Program-made: the position numbers and the translations under genes
Shown: positions 1-9,397 of the stretch, one piece after another
Numbering within the stretch: the stretch's first letter is position 1
Layout: every line of letters begins with the position of its first letter
The notes under the pieces: model-generated
The model's input: only the letters and a program-made list of their open reading frames with translations
Database searches by the model: none
What the model was told of the DNA's origin: nothing
Assembly: GCA_046483495.1 (NCBI GenBank)
Contig: JAWODC010000083.1
Coordinates: 1 to 27,590, forward strand
DNA length: 27,590 nucleotides
Source: Desulfobacterales bacterium
GTDB lineage: Bacteria; Desulfobacterota; Desulfobacteria; Desulfobacterales; UBA5616
Direction: 5' to 3'

Positions 1-296
1 GAGTGGGTCACCTCGCGGGCGTACGGATCGATCCTCTCCAAGGTTTGGTCACCACTGATGATCCGATATGTATATTCGTCGCCGGGACGGGCGGCCTCCA
101 CGTACGCGGCCCAGTAGCCGTCCTCCTCCGCCCACAGGGGATGCGCCTCCGTCGACCGGTCGTTGAAGTCCCCCACCACGCTAACCGAGTCAGCGTGCGG
201 CGCCCACACCCGGAAGGTGGTCCCTCCCTCGCGGGGAATGGCGCCCATACCCTGCTGCAGGTCGCCCTCGTTCTCTCCTTCGCCTGGTCCGGTCAT
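1..296 (-). CDS. GH13 alpha-glucan branching enzyme-like protein, N-terminal CBM48 region; partial, runs off the left edge
   Basis: Not in the ORF track. Manual translation from ATG at 296 (alternative ATG at 248): MTGPGEGENEGDLQQGMGAIPREGGTTFRVWAPHADSVSVVGDFNDRSTEAHPLWAEEDGYWAAYVEAARPGDEYTYRIISGDQTLERIDPYAREVTH. The GxxFRVWAP..V.VVGDFN and DPYAR signatures are typical of GlgB/TreZ-type CBM48 N-termini. Confidence 0.85.
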   Translation of the reverse strand, partial: MTGPGEGENEGDLQQGMGAIPREGGTTFRVWAPHADSVSVVGDFNDRSTEAHPLWAEEDGYWAAYVEAARPGDEYTYRIISGDQTLERIDPYAREVTH

Positions 297-519
297 AGGT
301 TTTTGTGCCGCTCCTCCGTCTTATCCACGGTAATCGCTTCCCAGGGACTGGCGAACAACTCGTCGCCGACACCGATGAGGCCACCGACGACAGGATCGCG
401 TGGGCGATCCGTCCATTGGTGAGGTCGATCACCAGCTCCTCGATGTTGCCGAGGTCATCACCCTCCCGGTTGACGACGCTGTCCCTATGAGTGTCGATGC
501 CGACAACACGTTCGCTCAT
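293..519 (-). pseudogene. PRC-barrel domain protein, frameshifted and truncated (or affected by sequencing errors)
   Basis: Restoring three small deletions (near 507, 483-485 and 387) gives MSER(V)LSASTLI(G)DSVVNREGDDLGNIEELVIDLTNGRIAHAILS(F)GGLIGVGDELFASPWEAITVD, the typical PRC-barrel pattern. Its TGA overlaps the ATG of the GH13 gene. Confidence 0.75.
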
Positions 520-985
520 CCTCCTTTCCCTCGAGCCCCATCGTCCTTGCCGGACATTGGCTTTGAAGGTTGAGTCTCCGTGTTCCTTTCCACCGTCCCG
601 AGCACGTTGTCCCACTCAAGGCACCAGGCATTTGGCGTACACGTACCTTTCCCGGTACGTATTATACCGCGCTGGTGGATCAATAGAAGCTGGAATCCGG
701 GAGCGTCACACACTGGGGACAAGCTCCTGGAAGGCAGAACTGGGCCACCGGAGAGAGAGTCCGCGGAAAAGCTGTGCCATAGGCAGTTTCTGGATCTCGT
801 ACCCTGCTCACCTTTTACCGGGAGAAATTTGCCGCCTGGATGGACGCGGATGGCGATGCCGTTTCGTTTTTCAATACTAAACGCAATAGAAGTGAGAAGG
901 CCGGGTAACATGAAAGACCAACTCATTTGAAAAAGGGCCGAACGGCCATGGGTGCGGGTTAGAGGTGATGTGTACCACATGACTG

Positions 986-1918
986 TTGCGGAAGATATCG
1001 ATGACGTTTGGATGGAGCATCTCAGATCTGTTCACGAATCGTTTGTACCGACGCGGGAAAAAAGCACTGGTTCTCGAGGGCGGGGGCATGCGGGGGGTTT
1101 TTCTCACCGGAGTGCTTCAGGCCTTTACCGACAGGGGGTATTTCCCATGGAAGTGCATCATCGGGTCCTCGGCCGGAGCACTGACAGGAGCGGCGTATGC
1201 CGCCGGTCAGATCCACCTGGCCCGGGATGCGTTTTTCACCCACCTCATATCCGGCGATTTTATTTCTCTTCCCAATATTTTTCGTCCTGAGAAGCACATA
1301 CTCGATCTTGATTGGATGATCGACATGGTGATCAGCGGGGATGAACCGCTGGATCTGAATCGATTGAAAAAGAGCTGCCCCTTGACGATTACGGCGACCC
1401 GGATTACGGAACACCGGCCGCCTGAAACCATCTATCTGAATTCAAAGACCGATGACGTGATAACGGCCTTAAAAGCAAGCGCCGCAATTCCGTATCTGTA
1501 CAGGGGATTTGTGCGTTATCGGGGGTTCAACTTGCTGGACGGTGCCATCCTGGATCCCATCCCGTTTAAAAAGGCACTTGCCATGGGGTTTGATGAACGG
1601 GATATCGTGGTGATCGTTTCCAGACACCGGGAGTATCGAAAACGGCAGGAATCCTTCTGGATAAAAACACTTTATGAAAATTACTACAGGGAAGAAAAAT
1701 ATAAGTGCCTGGTGAACACACTGAAAAACCGCTTTAATCACTACAATGCCGTCCTGGATGACCTGTATGGGAAGCACACGGGAATTGCAGTGATCAACCC
1801 GCCCGAAGAATTGAACGTCAACCGCCTTACACGTGATCGGGACAAGCTCATCGTTGGATTCGAACTCGGCGTCGAAGCAGCGAAAAGATGGCTGAAAAAA
1901 GACGTGGCCAAAACGTAG
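986..1918 (+). CDS. Patatin-like phospholipase
   Basis: Glycine-rich EGGGMRG, nucleophile motif GSSAG, ASAAIP and DGA (DGG-like) motifs. Start uncertain: TTG 986 or ATG 1001. Confidence 0.9.
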   Translation: MRKISMTFGWSISDLFTNRLYRRGKKALVLEGGGMRGVFLTGVLQAFTDRGYFPWKCIIGSSAGALTGAAYAAGQIHLARDAFFTHLISGDFISLPNIFRPEKHILDLDWMIDMVISGDEPLDLNRLKKSCPLTITATRITEHRPPETIYLNSKTDDVITALKASAAIPYLYRGFVRYRGFNLLDGAILDPIPFKKALAMGFDERDIVVIVSRHREYRKRQESFWIKTLYENYYREEKYKCLVNTLKNRFNHYNAVLDDLYGKHTGIAVINPPEELNVNRLTRDRDKLIVGFELGVEAAKRWLKKDVAKT

Positions 1919-1924
1919 CCGCTC

Positions 1925-3121
1925 TTATTCCGTTTGATAACCGGCCTTTGCCAGAGCAGATTTAATTGTTTCGATATGACCGAAACCCCTGGCTTCCAAA
2001 ACCATATGGATTCGGCTCACATTCAACGGCAGCCGTTTTTCATGCCGCTCGTGTGATATATCCAGGACATTGACATCCAGACCGCCTAGTTGGGTGAGAA
2101 GCTTTGCCAAGGCTCCCGGCCGATCTTCCAGCCTGATTTCGAGGTGAAAAATTCGACCGTTTTTCATCAGTCCATGGTTAATGATTCTTCCCAGCATCGG
2201 GCTGTCTACATTTCCGCCGCTGATGACCAGGACCACCTTTTGGTTCTCCCCAACAGACAGGCTTCCACTCATGAGGGCTGCCGGCGGCAAGGCACCGGCA
2301 CCTTCGGCCAATGTTTTTTTTCGTTCGAGAAGCATCAACACGGCGGCTGCAATATCCGACTCCTTCACCAAAACACATTCGTCGACATAACGGCTCATCA
2401 TGTCGAAAGGAATCGTGCCGATTTCCCGGACATTGATGCCGTCGGCTATAGAGGAAGCGGAGGGTACGCGGTGGATTTTTTTTCGTCCCATCGCCTCGTA
2501 AGCCGAGGGGCACGCTTCGGACTCGACGCCTACGATGCGAATTTGGGGGCGAATGGACTTTGCGGCCGCGGATATTCCGGAGACCAGTCCACCGCCGCCC
2601 ACCGGCACAACGATCATATCGGCATCGGGCAATTCGCTCAATATTTCGAGGGCGACGGTTCCCTGGCCTGCGATAACGTCCTTGTCATCGAATGGATGAA
2701 CAAACGTTTTGTCATCGGAAAGTTCACGAGCCTTTTTCAGACTTTCCTGTATGGTTCGGCCGAAAATGACCAATTTTCCGCCATATCCCTGTGTTGCCTC
2801 CTGTTTCGATATGGATGTCCAGTGCGGCATCACGATCGTCGAAGAGAATCCGGCCAGGGAAGCCGCCAAGGCAACCCCCTGAGCGTGGTTTCCCGCGGAG
2901 GCGGTAATTACGCCACCGGGTTTTATGTCCTGCCGGCACCTGAGTATTTTGCAGGCCGCCCCCCTGATTTTAAATGAACCGGTATTTTGAAGATTTTCCA
3001 ATTTCAGGTAGATGTCGGCGCCAAAGGTTTTGCTTAACATGGCGGAGCGGACCAAAGGCGTTCGCAACGTTGAGGATCGAATGATTCGGGCGGCATCTTC
3101 GATGTCCTTAAGCGATATCAT
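1925..3121 (-). CDS. ilvA: Threonine ammonia-lyase (PLP-dependent) with a C-terminal ACT domain
   Basis: LKLENLQNTGSFKIRGA PLP-lysine motif, SAGNHAQG, PVGGGGL, SGGN, and ACT motif DRPGAL. Confidence 0.93.
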   Translation of the reverse strand: MISLKDIEDAARIIRSSTLRTPLVRSAMLSKTFGADIYLKLENLQNTGSFKIRGAACKILRCRQDIKPGGVITASAGNHAQGVALAASLAGFSSTIVMPHWTSISKQEATQGYGGKLVIFGRTIQESLKKARELSDDKTFVHPFDDKDVIAGQGTVALEILSELPDADMIVVPVGGGGLVSGISAAAKSIRPQIRIVGVESEACPSAYEAMGRKKIHRVPSASSIADGINVREIGTIPFDMMSRYVDECVLVKESDIAAAVLMLLERKKTLAEGAGALPPAALMSGSLSVGENQKVVLVISGGNVDSPMLGRIINHGLMKNGRIFHLEIRLEDRPGALAKLLTQLGGLDVNVLDISHERHEKRLPLNVSRIHMVLEARGFGHIETIKSALAKAGYQTE

Positions 3122-3867
3122 CGCCCTTCCTTTTCTGCTTCTATGCCGTAGAAAAATCGGGCGTTTTCCGTTGTCGATCGCGCGGCTTCCTCAATGGAAA
3201 CGTTTTTGATCCACGCCAGATGTTCAAGGGTCTGCACCAGAGTCGCCGGTTCTGACGTTTTCCCCTGGTAAGCTTCAGGTGCGTCTGTTTCAATGAGCAT
3301 GTGTTCTATCGGAGTCCGCTTTACCGCCGCCTGGTGGCGGCTGCTGTAAGCCAGGGCCGGTGTCGCCGAAATAAAATACCCGGCGTTTATGATCCTTTCG
3401 AGCATATCGAGTGGTCCGCTGTACCAATGAAAAACGGCTTTGGAAACACCGGCATCCCGGAGCATGGCAAAGGCCCGTTCAAACGAATACCGGGAATGGA
3501 CATTGACGGGTTTTTCGTGTTTTGCCGCAATCTTCAGCAGGGATTCGAATACCTGCTGCTGAATTTTTTTTGGAACTTTTATTTTGTAGTCAAGCCCCAC
3601 CTCTCCCAAGGCAATGCAGCTGCGAAGGTGTGCATCAACAAAACGCAGGGTCTCGTCAACCTCTTTTTCCACGACGGCCCACGGGTGATAGCCGATGGCG
3701 GGAAGAACCGTTTCCGGAAATTGTTCGCCGAGATCCAGGGTCTTCCTGTTGGATTTCAAATGGGTACCCACCGCCACGATTTTCGAAACGCCGGCGTCCC
3801 GGGCCCGCCGTACTGCATCGGCCGGCGACTGGATCATGTCCAGGTGAACATGGGTATCGATCAACAT
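3118..3867 (-). CDS. tatD: TatD-family metal-dependent hydrolase/DNase
   Basis: DTHVH, GEVGLD, HSR, FHW and ETDAP motifs. Overlaps the ilvA start by 4 nt. Confidence 0.92.
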   Translation of the reverse strand: MLIDTHVHLDMIQSPADAVRRARDAGVSKIVAVGTHLKSNRKTLDLGEQFPETVLPAIGYHPWAVVEKEVDETLRFVDAHLRSCIALGEVGLDYKIKVPKKIQQQVFESLLKIAAKHEKPVNVHSRYSFERAFAMLRDAGVSKAVFHWYSGPLDMLERIINAGYFISATPALAYSSRHQAAVKRTPIEHMLIETDAPEAYQGKTSEPATLVQTLEHLAWIKNVSIEEAARSTTENARFFYGIEAEKEGR

Positions 3868-3939
3868 TTTCGGCCTGTTTTTTGAACGGGTTTTTCCATA
3901 AAACGGCCCAAGACCGTCGAAAACGTTCCCATTTTCCGG

Positions 3940-5061
3940 CTATGGCACCGCACGTTTGATATCGATCACCGTGATCTCCGCGGTGGAGCCGATGCGTATG
4001 GGCGGGCCCCACGTCCCGGTCCCCCGGTTGACATACAGCGCCGATCCTTTGTCCAGTGTGTAATATCCCTGAATGCGGGGAAATTCCAGCCTGACAAGAT
4101 AATTGAATGGAAAGATCTGACCGTTGTGCGTGTGCCCTGAAAGCTGCAGGTCATATAATCCCATGGAGGATTTCGGCACCTTGGGACGGTGCTTGAGATA
4201 AACGGTGAACAAGCCGTTCTTCATCGGCTTTAAAAACCCGGATTCCCGCACCTCCTCCAACCGGCCGCCGTCATCCACACCGGCTATATTGAAGGTCTCG
4301 GCGACCGTCAGCACTTCCTGCCGGAGTACACGGAATCCGCTCCGGCGCATGAATTCCAGGGAATGGTCCAGGCCTGCATAATACTCATGGTTACCCGTAA
4401 CCGCGAATTTTCCGTACGGCGGCTCGATCGCCTCGATCATATTCGACAGGTGCATAAGATTCTGCATGGACCCGTCCACCAGATCCCCGGTGCATACCAG
4501 CACATCGGGCCTTGCGGATTTTACCTTTTCCACTATTTTTCGAAGTATCGTTTCCCGGTTGATGATGCCCAGGTGGACATCTGAAATGTGCACCACGCGC
4601 AGGTTTTCTTTATGATCCCGGATTTTTTCGGTATAGAGGGTCAGGTGGTCAAATGTGATGATTTTTGCGTTGAAATACCCGTAGATCACGAGTACGAGGC
4701 TCAATAACAGCAGTCCGGCCGCGGATGTTTTTCCGGAAAACCGGGGAAAAGAAAGCGGCGTCAGGGACCTGACAAACCAGGAAACGAAATCGATCAGGTA
4801 GAGGAGAATGCTGCCGGAAAACGCCAAAAACACGAATCCCATCCACAGGTAAGCGCTGTAAGCGACAAACCGGGCTGCACCGTCATGCCCCTGCATTTCC
4901 AGAACCCGCGATGCCAACGGCGATACCACCATCGCCGCCATAAACAGAACAACAGCCGGGATTGCCCACCCATGCGAAGGCAGCAGAACCCGGATTCGAT
5001 AAAAAACCACTGCGTGAACACCGCTGTAGATCAGCAGATATGCAACGATAAATTTTGCCAT
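3940..5061 (-). CDS. Membrane-anchored metallophosphoesterase (YkuE/YaeI-like)
   Basis: About four N-terminal hydrophobic helices, then calcineurin-like motifs DVH, GDLVD, GNHE, KH and GHTH. Confidence 0.9.
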   Translation of the reverse strand: MAKFIVAYLLIYSGVHAVVFYRIRVLLPSHGWAIPAVVLFMAAMVVSPLASRVLEMQGHDGAARFVAYSAYLWMGFVFLAFSGSILLYLIDFVSWFVRSLTPLSFPRFSGKTSAAGLLLLSLVLVIYGYFNAKIITFDHLTLYTEKIRDHKENLRVVHISDVHLGIINRETILRKIVEKVKSARPDVLVCTGDLVDGSMQNLMHLSNMIEAIEPPYGKFAVTGNHEYYAGLDHSLEFMRRSGFRVLRQEVLTVAETFNIAGVDDGGRLEEVRESGFLKPMKNGLFTVYLKHRPKVPKSSMGLYDLQLSGHTHNGQIFPFNYLVRLEFPRIQGYYTLDKGSALYVNRGTGTWGPPIRIGSTAEITVIDIKRAVP

Positions 5062-5131
5062 AGACGGGTCTTTTTATACCATTGAAATCGTGATATTAAA
5101 AGCGAAAACAATTTCGGAGCCGATACGTATC

Positions 5132-5809
5132 ATGCGCATTCTATTAGTGGAAGACGACCAAAAAATTGCATCTTTTATCATCAAGGGACTCGAGGCCGCG
5201 GGGTATGCCGTCGATCATGCCGTGAACGGAAAAGACGGGCTTCATCTGTCTCTGACCGAACCCTACGACGCCGCCGTAGTGGATCTCATGCTTCCCGGGG
5301 TGGATGGATTGAAGGTGATCGAAAAAATGCGTAAAGACGACGTCGGGACACCCGTCATTATCTTGAGCGCCAAGGGAAGCGTCGACGATCGGGTCCGGGG
5401 CCTCTACGCCGGCGGCGATGATTACCTGACCAAGCCGTTCTCCTTTTCAGAGCTTTTGGCCCGGCTTCAAGCATTGATTCGGCGCGCCGGGGGTTATACC
5501 GACCCCATCCGCCTTGCGGTGGGAGGTCTTTGCATGAACCTGATGACACGGGAGGTTGTACGAAACGGGTCTCCTATAGAGCTTCAGCCGCGCGAATATG
5601 CCCTTTTGGAGTACCTGATGCGAAACGCCGGAAAAGTGGTTTCAAAAACAATGATCATGGAGCATGTCTGGGATTATCATTTCGATCCCCAGACCAATGT
5701 GGTGGAAGCCCGAATTTGCCGCCTGCGGGATAAAATCGACAAACCTTTCGAGAAGAAGCTGATCCATACCATCCGGGGCATGGGCTATGTTCTTAAAGAA
5801 TACGCTTAG
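5132..5809 (+). CDS. OmpR/CusR-family response regulator
   Basis: MRILLVEDD receiver, phosphoacceptor in VVDLMLP, KPF motif, winged-helix C-terminus (HTIRGMGY). ATG 5132 preferred over GTG 5090. Confidence 0.95.
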   Translation: MRILLVEDDQKIASFIIKGLEAAGYAVDHAVNGKDGLHLSLTEPYDAAVVDLMLPGVDGLKVIEKMRKDDVGTPVIILSAKGSVDDRVRGLYAGGDDYLTKPFSFSELLARLQALIRRAGGYTDPIRLAVGGLCMNLMTREVVRNGSPIELQPREYALLEYLMRNAGKVVSKTMIMEHVWDYHFDPQTNVVEARICRLRDKIDKPFEKKLIHTIRGMGYVLKEYA

Positions 5810-7268
5810 AATTGCACGAAGACTGGCATTCAGGCTTACCCTCTGGTACGGGGGAATATTCGCCGCCTCCCTCTGTTTGGCCTTTGTGCTGTTTTACCTG
5901 TTTATTTCATCCGCGCTCGAAAATCAAACCGACGAAGACCTGCTCAGGCGGTCGCGGGAGCTGGAATCGCTGTTCTTTATCAACGGCATCGAAGCGGTGA
6001 AACAAATCGTGGTCCTCGAAGCACAGGCCGCCGGAGAAAAAAAAATTTTCGTCCGGCTTTTGTATTCCGACGGCGCGGCGTTTTTATCGTCCAACATGAG
6101 TGATTGGAAGGATATCCCCATTCATTCGAAAGCCGTCGATCAGCTTACCCGGGGAGCCGATGCCGTCTTTCATACCGTATCGATTCCGCACCGGAAAAAC
6201 GACGTCCGAATTTTGTACAGCGTCTTATCCCGTGGGATTTTTTTGCAGCTCGGCCAATCGCTCGAACTGCAGACACGTTTTTTTAACGCATTTCGCAGCA
6301 TCTTTATCATCACCACATCGATTCTCGTTCTGTTGTCGGCACTTATCGGAGGCTTCATGGCACGACGGGCCACGGCCGGTGTCGATGCGGTCACCAAAAC
6401 CGCCCGCCAAATCGCCGATGGAGCCATCCACCGGCGGGTGCCGGTCAACAAACGCGGGGACGAAATCGCTCAGCTGGCCCTGACGTTCAATCAAATGCTT
6501 GACCGTATTCAGGATCTGGTAAAAAACATCGAGGAAATCAGCGACAACATCGCCCACGATTTAAAAAGCCCCGTCACCCGGATTCGGGGAGTGGCGGAAG
6601 TGACGCTTACCACGGGGGAATCGCTTCCCGAATTTGAAGCGATGGCAGCGGGTATTATCGAGGAATGCGACCGCCTGCTCGACATGATCAATACCATGCT
6701 GGTCATTTCCAAAACAGAATCCGGTGTGGAGGCGGTATCCCACAACACCGTCGATTTGTCCGCGGTGGTCGAGGATGGATGTGGTTTATTCGGTCCCACG
6801 GCAGAGGACAAAGGAATTGTCCTTGTATGCCGTCTTGAGCCGTATTGCCGCATATCCGGAGATATAAAGATGATTCAGCGGATGGTGGCCAACCTGATCG
6901 ACAACGCCGTCAAATACACGCCCGCGGAAGGCACGGTGACCCTGTCCTTGAGACGCGGACCCAGCGATTTCGTGACCTTAAGCATATCGGATACGGGACA
7001 GGGCATATCTGCGGATGATATCCCGAAAATTTTCAACCGATTTTATCGGGGTGATCCCAGCCGCTCTGAAGGCGGAACCGGTTTGGGATTAAGCCTTGCC
7101 CGTGCCGTCGCCCGTGCCCACGGCGGCGACATTACCGTCGACAGCACCCCGGGTGCGGGGAGCACGTTTACCGTTGCCCTCCCCCGTGAGGGTGCAAAAA
7201 GATCCGGGAGTGCCGGCGGCCTTTTGCCTGTCAAACAGCCGTCCGGCTCCGACATTACCAAAAGGTAA
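5787..7268 (+). CDS. HAMP-domain membrane sensor histidine kinase (CusS/BaeS-like)
   Basis: Two TM helices flanking a periplasmic domain, HAMP (DEIAQLALTFNQML), H-box IAHDLKSP, N-box NLIDNAVKY, G-boxes DTGQG and GTGLGL. Overlaps the response regulator. Confidence 0.95.
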   Translation: MFLKNTLRIARRLAFRLTLWYGGIFAASLCLAFVLFYLFISSALENQTDEDLLRRSRELESLFFINGIEAVKQIVVLEAQAAGEKKIFVRLLYSDGAAFLSSNMSDWKDIPIHSKAVDQLTRGADAVFHTVSIPHRKNDVRILYSVLSRGIFLQLGQSLELQTRFFNAFRSIFIITTSILVLLSALIGGFMARRATAGVDAVTKTARQIADGAIHRRVPVNKRGDEIAQLALTFNQMLDRIQDLVKNIEEISDNIAHDLKSPVTRIRGVAEVTLTTGESLPEFEAMAAGIIEECDRLLDMINTMLVISKTESGVEAVSHNTVDLSAVVEDGCGLFGPTAEDKGIVLVCRLEPYCRISGDIKMIQRMVANLIDNAVKYTPAEGTVTLSLRRGPSDFVTLSISDTGQGISADDIPKIFNRFYRGDPSRSEGGTGLGLSLARAVARAHGGDITVDSTPGAGSTFTVALPREGAKRSGSAGGLLPVKQPSGSDITKR

Positions 7269-7307
7269 TCTTCCGGTCATCTTCCGGTTAACTTAATGAC
7301 TTATAAT
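7254..7307 (+). promoter_or_regulatory. Candidate OmpR-family regulator binding site and -10 element for degP
   Basis: Palindrome ATTACC-AAAA-GGTAAT (7254-7269). Repeats GGTAAT/GGTCAT/GGTTAA at 7264, 7275 and 7286 have an exact 11-bp period with identical CTTCC spacers. TATAAT at 7302-7307. Confidence 0.7.
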
Positions 7308-7363
7308 CCGGATCGAACATGATGGATGCTCTTTCTTACACCACAACAGGAGGAAAAACGCGC

Positions 7364-8800
7364 ATGAAACCTACACATCATATCGGCCGAATCGTTGGTA
7401 TGCTTCTGCTCACCGGTGCCTTAATCTGTCAGGCACCGGAAATCAGCGCACTTTCGCTTGGCAGCGATACCGTGATGGTCCCCGGCAATTTTTCAGAAAT
7501 CGCCGAAAAGGCTAAACCTTCGGTGGTCAATATTCGGACCGAAAAAATCATAAAGGGAGGGAGCCGGGTTTTCAGGCATTTTTTTGATTCCCCGTTTGGA
7601 GAAGGGAGTCCTTTTGACGACTTCTTCGCGCCGTTCTTTGAAAACCGTCCGATCCCCGACTACAAGCAACGAAGCCTGGGCTCGGGATTTATCATCGATG
7701 AAGGCGGCTACATCGTGACGAATAATCACGTCATCGAAGATGCCGATGAAATCAAGGTCAAACTTGTGGACGGCCGGGAATACGAGGGTAAAATCGTGGG
7801 CCGTGATCCCAATACCGATCTGGCCCTTCTGAAAATCGACGCCTCCGAGCCTTTAACGCCGCTTCCTTTCGGCGATTCAGACAAACTGAAGGTCGGCACC
7901 TGGGTAACGGCCATCGGAAGCCCGTTCGGACTCGAGCAGACGGTTACGGCCGGCATTGTCAGCGCCAAGGGCCGCACCATCGGTTCGGGGCCTTATGATG
8001 ATTTTATTCAGACCGATGCGTCAATCAATCCGGGAAACAGCGGGGGGCCGCTGGTTGACCTTCGAGGACGGGTCGTCGGCATCAACACGGCTATTGTCGC
8101 CGGCGGGCAGGGCATCGGATTTGCCATCCCGATCAACATGGCCGCCGGTATTATCGATCAACTCATGGAAAGCGGCGAGGTGACGCGCGGGTGGATCGGG
8201 GTGGCCATCCAGGAAATGACCCCTGAGTTGGCGGATTATTACAAAATCAAAAATCATAAAGGGGTACTCGTCACCGAGGTTTACGAGAACGATCCCGCAG
8301 ATAAAGCCGGCATTAAACAAAAAGACGTCATTATCGCGGTGGATGGAAAACCGGTGACCACGCCACGGGATCTGTCGATGCGAATCGCCGGCATGGCGGT
8401 GGGATCGAAGGTTTCCATCGACCTGATCCGCGACGGGAAGAAAAAATCCGTCGAGGTCAAACCGGCCAAACGGAATGATGAAGAGCTTCTCGCCGGCAAG
8501 GAAAAACCTACGAAAGAAGATCTCGGACTCGAACTCGTCGCAATGACGAAAGAAATCGCGGCAAAATACGGCTACCCGGAAAATGAAAAGGGGCTTTTGG
8601 TACTCGGCGTAGAACCCGGCAAACCCGCGCAGGTCGCCGGAATCCGCCGCGGAGATCTGATTAAAGAGGTAAACCACCACCCGGTAGACACCATTGAATC
8701 CTTCCGCAGGGTGATTGACGGCATCCGGGACGGCCGGTCCTTTCAAGTGCTCATTCTCAGAAAAAATATCGGGTACATTGTGGTGAATATGATAAAATAA
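7364..8800 (+). CDS. degP: DegP/DegQ (HtrA) periplasmic serine protease with two PDZ domains
   Basis: Signal-peptide-like N-terminus, SLGSGF, catalytic triad motifs TNNHV, TDLAL and GNSGG, two PDZ domains. AGGAGG RBS precedes ATG 7364. Confidence 0.95.
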   Translation: MKPTHHIGRIVGMLLLTGALICQAPEISALSLGSDTVMVPGNFSEIAEKAKPSVVNIRTEKIIKGGSRVFRHFFDSPFGEGSPFDDFFAPFFENRPIPDYKQRSLGSGFIIDEGGYIVTNNHVIEDADEIKVKLVDGREYEGKIVGRDPNTDLALLKIDASEPLTPLPFGDSDKLKVGTWVTAIGSPFGLEQTVTAGIVSAKGRTIGSGPYDDFIQTDASINPGNSGGPLVDLRGRVVGINTAIVAGGQGIGFAIPINMAAGIIDQLMESGEVTRGWIGVAIQEMTPELADYYKIKNHKGVLVTEVYENDPADKAGIKQKDVIIAVDGKPVTTPRDLSMRIAGMAVGSKVSIDLIRDGKKKSVEVKPAKRNDEELLAGKEKPTKEDLGLELVAMTKEIAAKYGYPENEKGLLVLGVEPGKPAQVAGIRRGDLIKEVNHHPVDTIESFRRVIDGIRDGRSFQVLILRKNIGYIVVNMIK

Positions 8801-8959
8801 AGACTTTCCCCCCTGAATTCCGGAGCCCGAAGATATGGATGTATGATATGACATGCATACGGGCCCTGGAATTCACCTCTTTATGCATCCAACAGGTGCG
8901 ATTTTAAGAACAGCCGTATCCGTCCGCGCAGGGTTATTCAACACTTCGGTTTTCCTGTT

Positions 8960-9397
8960 TCAGGGATTCGGCTTGCCTACTGCCAGCCGGTCGAGGATAA
9001 GCCCATGGAACCGGCTTTCTTCCGTGGCGATAAACAGCCATCCCAGGTGGGTCATACACGTGCCGCAATACGCAATTCTCCAGCCGAATCCTTTGAACCA
9101 TGTAAATTCTTCCGTCAAAGGTCCCTGATAAGCGCATCCGAAGGCCGCTCTGAAACACCCGATTTCAAATACAATGCCGTGCGGATTGGCGAATGTATGC
9201 GAATGAGCGCCGTTTACGGAAATGCGGGCTGCGTCCGTAGTGATACTGCGGCCGCATTGGGCGCATACGATCACCTCTCCGTCATCTGAGAGCGCCGGTT
9301 CGGCTTGCTCCCCGGTGGAAGGGTCGCCGACGGATACATCCGGCTTTACCGGAGATTCCCGAAGATAAAAAGCGGTGTAGGCGAGGCCGTTCATCAC
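8960..9397 (-). CDS. Bacterial cereblon-family (CULT / thalidomide-binding domain) protein
   Basis: Zinc pairs CAQC and CGTC, NPHG, and the tri-tryptophan cage motifs FTWFKGFGW and HLGWLF. Confidence 0.9.
   Translation of the reverse strand: MMNGLAYTAFYLRESPVKPDVSVGDPSTGEQAEPALSDDGEVIVCAQCGRSITTDAARISVNGAHSHTFANPHGIVFEIGCFRAAFGCAYQGPLTEEFTWFKGFGWRIAYCGTCMTHLGWLFIATEESRFHGLILDRLAVGKPNP

Noticed and set aside
3..980. Track ORFs 3..422(+), 190..615(-), 491..880(+), 516..980(-) and 580..930(+) as intact genes
   Set aside because: 3..422 is the antisense shadow of the GH13 gene. 190..615 contains only part of the frameshifted PRC-barrel. The others have no recognisable motifs.
968..985. ATG TGT ACC ACA TGA in frame with the patatin gene, suggesting a CxxU selenocysteine motif
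   Set aside because: Patatins are not known selenoproteins, I see no convincing SECIS hairpin after the TGA, and downstream starts explain the gene.
2090..2977. 295-aa plus-strand ORF
   Set aside because: Antisense shadow of ilvA with no motifs.
8021..8854. 277-aa minus-strand ORF
   Set aside because: Antisense shadow of degP.
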